Below, piece by piece: positions 1 through 13,000 of a DNA stretch of 64,000 bases (the first letter of the stretch is position 1; every line of letters begins with the position of its first letter). Source of the stretch: Lingula anatina (lineage: Eukaryota > Animalia > Brachiopoda); contig CM120649.1 of the NCBI GenBank assembly GCA_051362555.1, positions 18,180,567 to 18,244,566 on the forward strand, read 5' to 3'. The position numbers and the translations under genes were made by a program. The notes under the pieces were generated by a model. The model worked only from the letters and a program-made list of their open reading frames with translations. It was not told the origin of the DNA and did no database searches.

Positions 1-1144
1 TTAATTATAAAATATTAGTATCATGGTTATTCAGAAATGTGACTAGCAAAAGCCTTCAGGCCCATGGAACTTCAAAGTCACATATTGAAAATGCCAAAAT
101 GTAAACAATACAGCACTGTTCTGAAATGGGTTTATTTCCATTTTTAACACTTTTTAAACATAAAACAAAATAAACAGTTTACTGCCATTTTTATATGACC
201 AATGAAGAAAATTGATGAGATGGGAAAAGTATCAATAGAACAGTTTTAAATGCCCAACTTCCTCCATTCTGAGATTCTGAACATAGTGGATGAATGCATC
301 TGACAAACTGCAATGATATGAGTTTATTTCCATTTTTGACACTTTATTACACAATACATGATAACAAGTTTACCATCATTTTTACAAAATCAACTAACAA
401 TGTTGTAAAGATGCAGGAATTGCCAAACAAACACATTTACGTATCTTATTAGTTCAATAATGAGACTGTTAACATGCCTAAGAATTGAATGTGAGGAAAT
501 GTGAAAAAACAGCATTACCTTTTAAAATAATGGACTGATTATGCTGATTTTCAAACTCAACCTGCGTTTTAGTAAGATTGGCCCCTCCTGTGAGTATAAT
601 GACAATTGGCCAATCTGTTTTTCTTATATTGTGTTATCAGTGTTGCATATATACTGAAAAAAAGTGAAAAAAAAACAGCATAAATTCCCTATAAGTGACC
701 CGATCGTGCTGATTTTCGAATTTGACCTGCGTATTATGAATATTTATCAGTTCTGTAAGTTTCAAGCCAAAGGGTAAAACAGCTCTTCATTTATTGTGTT
801 ATCAGTGTTGCAAAAATGCTGAAAAAAAGTGAAAAAATAGCCTAAATTCACTAAAAATGACCCAATCATGCTGATTTTCGAACTTGACCTGCGTATTATG
901 AATATTCATCAGTTCTGTAGGTTTCAAGCCAAAAGGTCAAATGGTTTTCCATTTATGGTGTTATCGGTGCTGCATATATGCTGAAAAAAGAGAATAAAAA
1001 ATAGCCTAAATTCACTAAGAGTGACCCGATCATGCTGACTTTCGAACTTGACCTGCGTATTATGAATATTCATCAGTTCTGCAAGTTTCAAATCAAAAGG
1101 CAAAATGGTTTTCCACTTATCGTGTTATCGGTAAAAGTGCACGG

Positions 1145-1175
<31 letters not shown>

Positions 1176-1251
1176 AGCGACGACGGCGACGGCGACGACA
1201 GACGCAGATGATGGCTATATGTACAGACACATCTGTGTCTGTACATAAAAA
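1..1251 (+). mobile_element. Non-autonomous Helentron-associated (HINE/DINE-like) element with internal tandem repeats; 5' end lies outside the window
   Basis: About four ~163-bp units (GTGACCCGATCRTGCTGATTTTCGAAYTTGACCTGCG...) start near 530, 695, 857 and 1021, with an older ~200-bp pair before them. They are followed by a (CGA/CGG)n microsatellite at 1141-1205 and a perfect 14-bp stem TATGTACAGACACA-tc-TGTGTCTGTACATA at 1218-1247, then an A-run. This repeat + microsatellite + terminal hairpin layout is typical of HINEs. Confidence 0.6.
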
Positions 1252-1349
1252 GACCCACTTAAATAATGCATGTATTATAATTTGGGAGAAGACAGGGACC
1301 CAGCGCCACGTGGATACCACTCTGTAGCACAAGGAGGCATTAGTTTTAA

Positions 1350-1562
1350 AGGGATAACAACTGTTCATTTTGGCCAAAAAATGAAATTTCCTGGGGTAAG
1401 CGACAATTTTACCATACTTACCAATGATTAATGAATCCATTTCTACATCCAAAGTCATTCCCTGTTTTTTTTTCGAAAATATATTATATATTATATTTTT
1501 ATGAGTAGTTTACAATGTATTCATTGTGAAATATAGATCTGATTCGAAAGGTTGTTATCCCT
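1350..1562. mobile_element. MITE with TTAA target duplication (Kolobok-like termini)
   Basis: TTAA|AGGGATAACAAC ... GTTGTTATCCCT|TTAA. The empty site is visible in the paralogous UTR near 6715. Confidence 0.75.
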
Positions 1563-1623
1563 TTAAGTTAATCCGTGTAGAATAATTTAGTCAGAACTTC
1601 AACTGAAGTTCTTTAAGCAAAAA

Positions 1624-1686
<63 letters not shown>

Positions 1687-1987
1687 CACCACAACGGGAA
1701 GTGGGAAATAAGAAAATCCATCTTGTTCCATTTTACCTGCTCTTGACGAATGAACTATTTAATTATTCGTACCATGAACTTGAGGTCTTTGGAAAATTAA
1801 GTACCTTCTTGTTCTTTGGCATTGTCAAACGGAACACTGAGATCTCCTTTGCGCTTTAAATGTCATTTCCAAAAATGTCGTTGTTATGGTCCGCGCATAC
1901 TTATAAGGGCAATTTATTGAATTATAAATAATCACTTGTCATTTGACAAAAATACAAAAAAAATGCTTCGTCAGCATTTATGACAAA

Positions 1988-2201
1988 CACCCCATTCTCA
2001 TAGATTAGATCGACCTACATTGGATCGACCTAACTCCCTGGGGGTTCACGCTAAATAGCTGTCAGCCGGGCGGACACGAAAGTTAATTACCCCTTATAGC
2101 TTGTAGTAGGCGGGGACGGACACTTAAGGCGGATTATCTGACAGTAATCTAGTGAGACTCCCCGCGGTGATAGATCGATCTAAAAGTTGTGAGAACAGAG
2201 C
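1988..2201 (+). mobile_element. PIF/Harbinger (Tourist-like) MITE, family A
   Basis: Internal sequence matches 54088-54313 and the reverse complement of 14646-14870. It is absent at the homologous site near 7090. Confidence 0.75.
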
Positions 2202-2381
2202 CAAAGAGCTACTTGTTTCTTCTTAACGTTCTGCAAGCGCACAATCGATTGTGCTTCTGAGATTTGCTGGCGCAGTTAAACAGAATATAATCTTGTTGAA
2301 AGAAACACTTAAGGCTTGAACCTTGCCTAACGAAAGACGGGTCAACCAACCCAGCCTCTGATACAACTGTACTGCAATATA

Positions 2382-4036
2382 CAGACTTGACATTTTATAT
2401 GGAATAATTCAGTTTCGAAAGAATGCCTTGGTAAAAATGCGTTATTTTTTTCAAAAAGCTCCGATCTCATATGAAATATGTGAATGGAGAAATGTGTAGT
2501 CAGGTGTGTCGCTACCAATTAGCTGATATCATGTCTGTTGCGCTGCTGCATTATGTAATGTGCAGTGATTTAATTGGATAGTGCTCCTTTGGGCTGGTCA
2601 AAACTTGGCTTTGGCAAAGCATGGTTCTGTTAAAAAAATATCCATATGTCGGCAACTACTGCATAGAAGAATTTGAAATTTTGCATGAAAGTGGTCGGTT
2701 TATCGGTGCGTATATGAGCTAAGCAGTGCTTTACATATTCCTTAACCTGTGGCAGAATGGCACGAAAAAGTCAGACATTGCCAGACAGATAATTGCGCCA
2801 AACGGAACGGTCCACACAATTTTATAGAGTAATGCCCAGATTGATGTACCTACACAGGGGCCACACCCAATGTATCGAAATCTCACCACCAGGGTACAGG
2901 ACCCACTGTCTTTCGGGATATGCTGCTGCAACTAAACAAAAACCACCTAGTCCGTTAAGAATGAGGGGTAAATTGCCACCAAAACGCGTTTTTCGAGGCC
3001 CTTAACGAACACCAAACTTGTTTTAGCAGGTTAGAATACCAGACGACCTCCGAGGAACCCACTGTAAACAGCAAAACATCGTCGTCTGTTTCTCCAATGA
3101 ATTGGCGACCATGACCGTTTCTGGGTAGAACACTGAAACCTCGTGGCTTTCTTTATTAAGGTCAGATTTCACCTGCACCGCTCAACTAATCAAAACAGAG
3201 TTTACAGACATCCAGAAGAGGCCTACAACGAAGCGTGTGCCACGCCCAAAGTGACTAGGGTCATTGACAGCGTCAGTATTTGGTGTGGATACCACATTGG
3301 TGCCAAAACTCCAATGGTAGTCATCGACGAAAACCTGAACCAGATCAAAAGGAATAAAGGAATAATCTCGGAACCACTGGACTATCATTTGATAGGGGGC
3401 ACCTTAGGAACAATTTTAGGTTGCACAGTGAGATTGCCGGCTCACACAGAGCGCCTTTAATAGCAGATAACTTACATATCCAAGGGAATAAGCAGCTTCC
3501 TTGGTCATCAAAATTGCCATATTTGAACCGTATAGACAATATGTGGGTAGGTCAATACCCGCCGAATCAACGGCTTACATGTCCTACAACAAAACTGAAC
3601 CAAATTGGACAAGTTTTGACCGATGCCTGGAATGTTATTCCAGATTAAACTCTAAAAACCTATCCCAAGGAATGCCTTGCCGCTTGAGAGCGATGGTAGC
3701 AGCCAGAAGAAGTCAGGCGTAACAGCGACCGTTGCTGTGACTAGACACTGACATGAGGGTCCCTTGTGGAACGTGTAACTGTTTTACAGATGATAATTTG
3801 GAAAATATGGAGATCTAAAATATCTCTTTTAATGGTCGTCGTACGCCATAGAATAGGCAATGTATTTGTGTTTGCTTCACTGGCGAATGGAACTGATGTC
3901 ATAATGACATCAAAAAGATAATTAAAAGATATTAAAACACGATTTTAATCCTTATTTCCATTTATCAATCAGAAAAATAGGAAAAATCTGATGAAAATGA
4001 TTTGGAAAAAATATTCCATATTAAATGTCAAGTCTG
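2382..4036 (+). mobile_element. Degenerate Tc1/mariner transposon with a pseudogenised transposase
   Basis: TA|CAGACTTGACATTTTATATGGAATA ... TATTCCATATTAAATGTCAAGTCTG|TA (one TIR mismatch, TA target duplication, 1.65 kb). Broken ORFs 3143-3460 (RVYRHPEEAY...SVSIWCG...TPMVVIDENLN) and 3421-3648 (HRA...LPWSSKLPYLNRIDNMW...LTDAWNVIP) resemble the Tc1 DD34E core, including a decayed WPxxSPDLNPIE motif. Confidence 0.9.
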
Positions 4037-4165
4037 TATATTCAATATCGTTTTAATGTTTCACAACGATAGGAAATACTTAAAAGGCAAGTGTTACATA
4101 GTCATGAATGCTTCCCTGGGGTATTTCTGAAAGTGATTTAGCCACATTCATTAGACTGTCTCGTC

Positions 4166-5481
4166 TTACAATGTACCCAAGCAGATGTCCTCATAATATT
4201 CAGAACCAGTGTCTGCCTGCAAGTCGCCGGACTGGGCAGTACTGGGCAGAAGTTCACAGACACATTGGTCATTTCCAGCACAGAGAACGTTTATGGCAGC
4301 ACACTTCCACTGTTGCATACAAGAACTGCAACATTCGGTGATGCTGCGGACATTCAGCGTGGATATGGGCACAAGGGGTGCGCGCGCACCTGCTGCTACC
4401 CTCTGGAACGTAGTTTCACTGGTAATACCTACACAGAAAAACATTAATGAACTATGGGACCTACAAAACCTATAACAAGGACGTGCTAGTAGGTGACAAG
4501 TCGGTTATTTCAACGTTGAACTCATCATAAAATGTGTGAGATTAATAGATACATTTATTTTAATGCATACTCCTTAAAACTCATATTAATACACATATGT
4601 ACACACAATGAAATACCATCAACTCACCATGAACCTCCACTTCACAAAGCTGCAAGTGATGGTTGTCATTGCCAACTTTAATGATCAAGACATATCGTCC
4701 TCTCAGTGGTGACCCACAAGACAGAGACGTGTTCCCCACAGGTGCCGCCCCCTGGTAACTGGCGCAGAGTTTGTACTGGGTGAATGATGAACTATCCACA
4801 AAAGAGGTTCCAACTCTCACTTCGAAATTATTCAGACGGTCAGCTGAAAATAAAAAAGTAGCAAATTGTTAAATATGACAGTGCACTTTTATCATACTCG
4901 GCTGTGATATGTAACGGCAAATTTAACAATAGATCATTTATTAAGTCCGTACCAGTACGTGTTAGGTAGATACAGGGATGAATGAAATATTTTGTATCAT
5001 TTAAGTAAATAGTTACATGTAGCTTCACGTTCTGTCGTCCACTTTTGTCATGCATTATCTCAAGTGGATCATCAACCTATCTGTTTTACATTAATAGCAA
5101 CAAGAAGTGCAATTTACATGTACAGTAATAAAATGCGTTGAATAAATTAATAATATATATTATTAATAATAAATTAATAATATAACACACAGAACCCAGC
5201 GTACAATATCCATCGCCACGGTTTGTTATTATGACACCGGCCACTCTCGCCGTGGTTTCTAAGTCCACCAGCCACCATTGGCCCTGACCAGAACCAGTGT
5301 GGGCACAACTCCCATTTCGATTGTCGTCGTCATAGTTACCGTCCACAGCACGACTGGCATTGTACACACCGTACTCATTTCGATAGGTGGAGCTTTGGTA
5401 GGCGGGTTTGCCTTTAGCCAAATTCTGCGTGCAACCTCTGCATAGTGTCCCATCTGCCGGGGAAAGATACCAACAGCATCA

Positions 5482-5528
<47 letters not shown>

Positions 5529-5793
5529 GTGTACTATAAACCGAATATTGCAATATATATATTAAATATCCTTTTTATCCTGAATCGGATTGAAAGGACA
5601 TTATAGAACAATTTTAAATTCAGATACAAATATCTATACCACACGGATGAATAATTTCTTAAACGAATATTTTTCAGCTGTATAAAAAAAAACAATGATA
5701 AAACACCACTTTTGCCTAGTGCTTTCTGTGTCTGACAAACTTACCCAGAAATATTACGGTAACTCCGACAAAAAGCAGTCTTAGGACGACCAT
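4166..5793 (-). CDS. Secreted F-type lectin (fucolectin/tachylectin-4 family) with C-terminal PAN/apple-like domain, ~258 aa
   Basis: Exons 5793-5745, 5453-5205, 4843-4628 and 4428-4166, all GT-AG with consistent phases (777 nt). Signal peptide MVVLRLLFVGVTVIFL, then NLAKGKPAYQSST, ASRAVDGN, CAHT, WWLVDL, RGDGYSDRL, GRYV and LQLCEVEV. The H-x26-R-x-D-x4-R fucose motif is intact. The last exon has SITECCSSCMQQWKCAAIN...CEL. Confidence 0.9.
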
Positions 5794-6484
5794 CCTAAAT
5801 TTACATACTTCGTTCTCCCAGCAGCTGCCGATGGCAGACAAATAAAAAAAAACACTCAATCCGTTGCTGCCCCGGATGATGATCTGCTAAAAGTCCAGTG
5901 ACTACAGAAAATAGCAGGATAAAAAAATCAACTGATGCTTGAATATTAAATCTAACTTTATCAAATTTCCATCTATATAATCATCGTAATATATGTCTGC
6001 ACTTTCAGTGCCAATAATCAATTACAAAATATGCGTTTATGTATTTTTGACTACACACATTTTCATCATTCGAGCAACTGATCAAGCCTGTTCCCTTTCA
6101 AGTGAGGTATCACAATCAAAAAAATTCCCATTATATGGTCAAGTAATATTATTTATCAAATTGATTCCTCCTGTATTTCTGTCTCAGGTCCATGTTTTAT
6201 TTAATATCGCTAATATGGATCTCACAAATAAGTGATACCTTTGTCTTGAGCCATTTCACACAGCCATTCGGGCTTTCGTGATACGTTTGCAAATTGAATA
6301 TATGATTTTGTCCCGTGTCATCAGTCAATGAAAAAAAATTGGGCTGATGAATTGGCTATATCAACACGTCATGTTCAAAGGAAACTACATCTGTACTACC
6401 AATTCATAAATACCTGTAGGAATTCGATGAAAGGCGAGATTTGGTAAATGTTTGTAGCCCGCCCTTGCATACTGAGTTATAAAT

Positions 6485-6521
<37 letters not shown>

Positions 6522-7075
6522 TTTTAAAATAACTTTAAATTCCCCTTGCACTCAAATAGTGTTTTCCTACATCTTCCCCAGAGAACAGGCCCACGTATAT
6601 AGTATATGCCCACGTATATGTATAATATATAATTTGGGAGGAGACAGGGGTTCACCGCCAAGTGGATACCACTCTGTAGCACATGGAGTTTGCTTTGAAA
6701 TGGAGGCATTAGTTTTAAATAAAGCCATGCAGTATCATGTAGTCAGGATTTCGATTGAAGAAGTTCATCGAGCAAAAATAAAAATAATCACAAAGGGGAG
6801 ACGGGAATAAGAAAATTCCATTTTACCTGCTCTTGACGAGTGAACTATTTTATTATTCGTATCATGAACTCGTGGGCTTTGTAAAATTAAGTTCCTCCTT
6901 GTTCTATGGCACTGTCAAACCGAACACCGGGATCCCCATTGAGTTTCAAATGTCATTTTCAAAATCTTCCCTGTCTTGGTCCGTGCATACTTGTAAAGGC
7001 AATTTTAATGAATTATGAACAATCACTTGCAAAAATACGTACACTAGTTTGACAATAAAACAAAAAAATGCTTCG

Positions 7076-10000
7076 TCAGCATTCATGGCAAAGAGCTACT
7101 TGTTCCTTTTTAAACGTTCTGCAAGCGCACAATCGATTGTGCTTCTCCAGTTTACTGGCGCAGTTGAACAGAATATCATTCTGTTGAAAGAAACAATCCC
7201 TTCTTGCACCTTGCTTAACAAAAGACGGGTAAACCAACCCAGCCTCTGATACAACTGTACTGCAAGTCACATTTCTTGCCCGTAAAAACTCCATGTTGTT
7301 GACGCTGTTGAACCTCGTATTTTCGCAAAAACGGCCTGCAATGAAATAAAATGGCTTTGAAATGTTATGCGATAGCTCTGACGTGGCTGGACAGGATACC
7401 TCTCTCTCTCTCGATTGATTAATGTATCCTAGCTCTATTTATCTGTTTATCAATCTATCTACATGATACTGTCACAAAGTATTTTAAAATAATTTATTCC
7501 ACAAGGAAGAAGAATTAACATATTTCATAGCAGTTTCGTCTGAATGCGATAGTTGGGACACAATGATTGTGCCAAGCTGCAAAGCACCGGGAAAAAAACT
7601 ACACACCGTTACTCCGGCAAACATCATTGCACGACTTTCCCTCGGCACCGACAAAACATTGGACGGCATTTCTTGGCACGTGACTTCTGATGGGGTTGGA
7701 ACAGAAATCTTGCTTCTCTATATAATAATTCATCCTCTCCAACATCCCGGCAACGGTAAACTCGAAAGGAAGAAAAGGAGGCACCTGAAAACATAATATC
7801 TGGTGAATTACCCTTACATTCGAGTAATGGCGGTGATATTGTTCCACTAACAATAGGCTACGGTTGTCAACAAACATTTCATCAAGTTCAAGATGCATGT
7901 GTATACTTGCTATATGCGTTCGAAAATGTCGCATATCTTTATATCTTTATAGCCTTAAAAGCAACTTGACTTCCCCGGACTTTAAAATGATAAAATCAAT
8001 CGAAGCATCTTGAGTCGATATTTCTTTTTTTAAAATACGCCCAGTAGATAATGAGGTGTAAATGAGATTAGAAATTAAAATTTGATTGGAGCTGGTACAA
8101 AACACCGAATCACATGCACACATACGCACTCACACACACATACACACAGACACAAACACACTACTTAATTACCTCTTGTTGTCTAGTTAGCACCCTGAGG
8201 AGCGTGGCTCGCAGCTGAGTATGGTTGTTAATGTCCACGGTGTACACGTGAGGGTCGCCTATGTCCTCGGCATACGGATGCTGGCTGGTCACCTGGGGGC
8301 AGACATGTAGATATAGACACACAGACCGATACCAGTTTACATAATTAATACGTCAACACGATGTTTTTCTTAAAGCATATATTTAAGAAAAAGTAATCTC
8401 ACTTGAGATTATCAAATTATTAACCAAAGAGCTAAGCAGTAAGGAGAGTTTAACAGGAAGATAGCAGGGCTAAGAGATACAATTAGAAAAAAAAAGATAT
8501 AAATATTGATAATGCAATGTAGACAAACATTCATTAACCCCGACCCCCATTTTATCCCTCATGTTTGAAAAACATAACGTGGCCATATACTCTAAACAAT
8601 GATGGTATGAAGGGGTATGAAAAAAAGAGGAAAATAAAATACATATGCTTTGTAATACACTAAATGGATTAAAACCTTTTTGATACATGTACCTCTCTGT
8701 TTGTCGGTTTCTCTGCAAAGAAAGCCGTGTTAGAGCGGCTGTGAGGCGGGTGAAATCGTGGGTTTATGAAGACGGTCCCCATGGCGATGGCCTCGAGAGG
8801 AGCAGGTCCTTCATACGGGAACCCCAGACCCACAAATATCTTGGCATTAAAAAGAAATTGTACGAGATGCTTCACACATTTGCAGTATAATTCTTAGGGC
8901 TCAGTCCCAGTGAAACTATCGTTCTAGATATATCTACTCCGCTGAATGGTAACAGGTAATCAGACTAACACGCCTTCTCTTGTTTTCATCGCATTTGTAT
9001 AATCACCAGCTTTTTTGTATTCTGTTCAACGCAAGGAGAAGACGTGTTAATCTGTTAATCTGACTGCATGCAGCGAGAATCCCGCGAGATTGGATCGATC
9101 TACGTATAACGATAATTTCACTGGGGATGAACCCTTAATCTCTGGCAACATTTACCCACAGTTCTTCTATATACACGTACACTGGGTTAAACGTTAATTA
9201 ATCATCAATAGGCCTATCATGTTCTTTGTCAAATCATGGCACTAAAACAGAAAATATGAAGGCACCTTCGACTGTTGTAGCAGGGCTTGGTAGCTGTCCC
9301 CAAGAAGAACGTAGTGGTTGTGGACATATTCCGGGATAGGGGACTGCGTCATATGACGTGGCGCTTGAAGTTCTGATGTGGCGTGGACATCAAAGAATTC
9401 TCGGATAACATCGATGAAGGCTTGTTTTCCCTTAAACCAAAACATACCTAACACGTACAATACTGTGTGTACCAATGGTAAACTGAAACATTGTAATTCA
9501 ATGGCTACTTTGTTTACAAAAATTGATTCTTATAAACAGACATTTGAATGAGGGAATAAGCTACTCGCTCCTGCTTTACCATTGGCGATATCGCAAACAC
9601 GTGTCCTAAACCTCGTTCTGAAACCACCATGGTGGCGGTTTTTAAAATACCGATCCGACGTTTTACCTCCCACATGTACTCTCGCTTAGCGTACACTAAC
9701 GACTGGTTCTGTATCCGTCTACTTTGCTTGACACCGTCGCGAGCATTATGCCGCTCTATTACAAATCCAAGGAAAGAGTTGTCCGGAGTGTGGGCTAGAA
9801 AAAAGATAAAATTTGGAGATTAATTCAAGAAAATGGTGGTTTGTTATTGAAGAATATGCAGGAAATCTGGCACAATACTTTTTTAGTTCAAGTTTAACCA
9901 GGTGCAATATCAGATACGAAATATAAGGGAATGTCAAAATATAAGAATAAAAAAGTACAAACGCACGTAAATGAAATTGTGACGTCACAGCCCTTAATAT

Positions 10001-13000
10001 TATGTCAGAAATATTTCTCAATGTCTCATTAGTCGTCTGTAAGCAGTTCCTTGAAAATACCTTCGTGGCGAATAGTTTTCAACAAGGCTGAACGAAATAT
10101 TACCCCGATTTTGTTCCAGCTGCAGGTAAACCTGATTTCGAGATACCCCTGTAGCACAGAGCTGAAGGATAGGCCAAAAAGAAATGGATTTGTTGACGAA
10201 TTTGGCTTCTTAGACAACTGGAACCCAGGGTAAGGGAGCGTGCAAAGCGTGAACCTATACTTACGAAACATTGTGTAGAACTGCTGTAGTCGTAGATGAA
10301 GACATCCCCACTCGCAAGTATTGGAACGGTTGTTGCCATGGAAACCGGTGGCGTACGGCCTGTAGTTGAACTCTGCCTCGGTTCCAAAAGAGTCGAGTAT
10401 GCGAAACAGGCACCTGTTCATGTTCGGTTTACATATATAATACAGACACACTTAATGAATTTACACTGTACAAAACCATTTATTGTAAATAACTATAGAT
10501 TTTCAGTTCTTTTTAATAAATTGATTGTGTAATAGAAACATAAGTTATCAATGTCATCAAATTGTGAATTAATGTCAATCAATCAGTCTGGTTATCGATT
10601 ATAGTGTTGAACTATTAATTTATCTAGTAATTCATCAATATAGATATACATGTATATCAGACTAGATGAGGAATATATCCGTACAAGCATAAAATGTTTG
10701 GACCTGGGGATGGTTGTTGGTATTATTATTATTATTATTATTACGTTTTATTTTAAAGGTCATGTACCTGGACTTCGTAAAAACCGCCTCTGCCAGGGTA
10801 TTTCTGAACTGTTTGTACCCGTGTATATCGGTGAAGATCAGGTCATAGGGCAGTGGCCCGCGGCCCAGACTGGCCTGAACTGGACGCTGCCAATTATCCG
10901 CCATAAGTCTGGAACAGTACTGCACGGATTAAAAAGCGTATTTCCATTGACGATGGGTCGAGCTCACTTATCACGGCCCATCCCTGAAGTCATTTAGTTC
11001 ACGTTTAGCTCGCTATTGGGAAAATCTGATCTACCTTTTGTCCCGCTGCATGTTATAATTATGGAGGTGCTCGCCATTAGTTTTCCCTCTATACCTTTAA
11101 TTCCTCACAAAACCACACCCTATTATTTTATTGTAACCATTGCCATGATGTTAGAAACATATTTTTCAATGCCTTAAATTAGCGGGTTCAACACCCTATG
11201 ACATTATATTTATTACAGGTTAGTAGCCCTAGATCAAAAAATAAAAAGTATTGGTCTATATTACGGTAAAGTAGTCAAATACTCATTATTTGCCAGTTAA
11301 AAAATAGAATATTATTTTATGACCTACTTTCCAAGTTGGTTTATTTCCGTGGTGATGGTGACGTCATGCCCCAAGATGTACAAAGTGGCCACCAGGTCGC
11401 TCCACTGTACCAGCTCTCCAAGAGGGCCACCTTGGGTCATTATAGAAAACTTTAGTAAGGATATATCTTGACATGAATTATAACAAGAAATGTATTTAAA
11501 TGCACCTTACTGTAGGTTGTTCACTGTTAATTACGGCTGCCTCCCCCTCCCCTCCTACGATAAAGATGACAGCGGTAAAAAACGGCATGATACTCATTTT
11601 GTAATTACATGTACCTCCGCCAAGGAGGTTATGTTTTCACCCCTGTTTGTCTGTTTGTTTGTTTGTTTGTTTGTCATCAGCATAACTCAACAAGTTATGG
11701 ACTGATTTTAATTAAATTTTCAGGAACTGTCAAAAGTGGGCCAAGGAAGAGATGATTAGTTTTTGGTGGTGATCCGGATCAATAATCAATCAATAATCAA
11801 TAATAATAATAAATCGCTGCCTTGGCGGAGGTCTGCGCTCTGGGAGTGCTTTTCTAGTTTTGACATATAATTAAAACGCGTAATTGCTTTTAAGCAGACG
11901 AGCAACTCCCTACCCTTAAAAGCTGTTTCGTCCAGTCTGTTTCCTTGCGCCAAGGTACCGAAGTGAAGCAAAATCTGCAAAAATAAAAAGGAAAATAAAA
12001 AGGTCTTTACATTAATTTGGAATTAAAGTTGTCTCTGCATTCAATTTCTATGAGCCTATCCAAATAATTGTACACGCCTACTGGGTTAGAAGATGATTTT
12101 TACCGACGCCAAGAATGTTCAGTTTTGGCCTCCGTTTTTCTGTCTGTTTGTTTGTTTATTAATTTGTTGCCAACTTAATTCAAATGGATGAAATTTTCAG
12201 GAAAGGCCAAAAATCATTTAACTTAAAATCATTAAATTTTGGTGGTGATCTGTGAGTCAGACCACCATTTGGGTCCATGAATTTTAAAAGGCTTCTTCAC
12301 CATTGAGGAATGGGACCAATGACCATGATTTTGCAATCGGTGTCCTCTCAACTACCACAATTCATCAGTGAAGGTTCTTGGCGTCGGTCTCTTACATTTT
12401 TCTTTCGCCGACTAATCGAAATCTTCCCTTCCTGTAACATTTCTTCTACACCGCGACGCCATTGTTGCCACATCCGGGTAATTCTTAACCTCATCCAATG
12501 AAACTGTATCCCTGGGCAAGGGTGTGTCAAGAGACGTCTCAATTCCATAAGATTTAGTCGGATTGATACCTGAAAAAGGGAAATTGTTAATGGTTCGAAT
12601 GCATTTATATAACTAAGATTGCTGTCTTCTTTAGGTGACTCTCTTACGTAAGAATCAGGCTATTTTAAGAAAACTTTAAAGTGGTCAACCAATATAATTG
12701 GATCGGTCCAGTTACACGTACCGGTCAACATGAAAAGGACTTTAGTAACGATGTGAACAGACTTTTGTACTTCACTAAAACTTCAATGCACGAAGAGATT
12801 TCCGTACTCTTTGATACACACAATAGGCATGTCAGTTTAAACGGGGAAGTAATATCAATGGGACGGTCATTAGATATAACAGATCTTATATTTCAGACCC
12901 CCGAGGTTCAATTTTGCGGACGTCCAGTACTTTGTTAACAGCTTCTGTACCTTATGCATGCTCCACAATTGACGTCAATCTTTCATGATTTAATTATATT

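Larger units (their letters stand above)
1275..2377 (-). pseudogene. Decayed duplicate of the MGAT5-like last exon and 3'UTR
   Basis: Aligns by eye with 6627-7266. The minus strand of 2377-2202 reads CSTVVSEAGLVDPSFVRQGSSLKCFFQQDYILFNCASKSQKHNRLCACRT, versus CSTVVSEAGLVYPSFVKQGARRDCFFQQNDILFNCASKLEKHNRLCACRT in the intact gene. It then has a 1-bp frameshift, a MITE insertion a few codons before the stop, and is cut off at the Tc1 element. Confidence 0.85.

Noticed and set aside
1117-1458. ORF with a poly-Arg tail (protamine-like)
   Set aside because: It is a translation of the (CGT/CGC)n microsatellite of the HINE-like element and runs across a MITE boundary.
2731-3722. Tc1 ORFs as a functional or domesticated transposase
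   Set aside because: The frame is broken several times and the DDE motifs are degraded.
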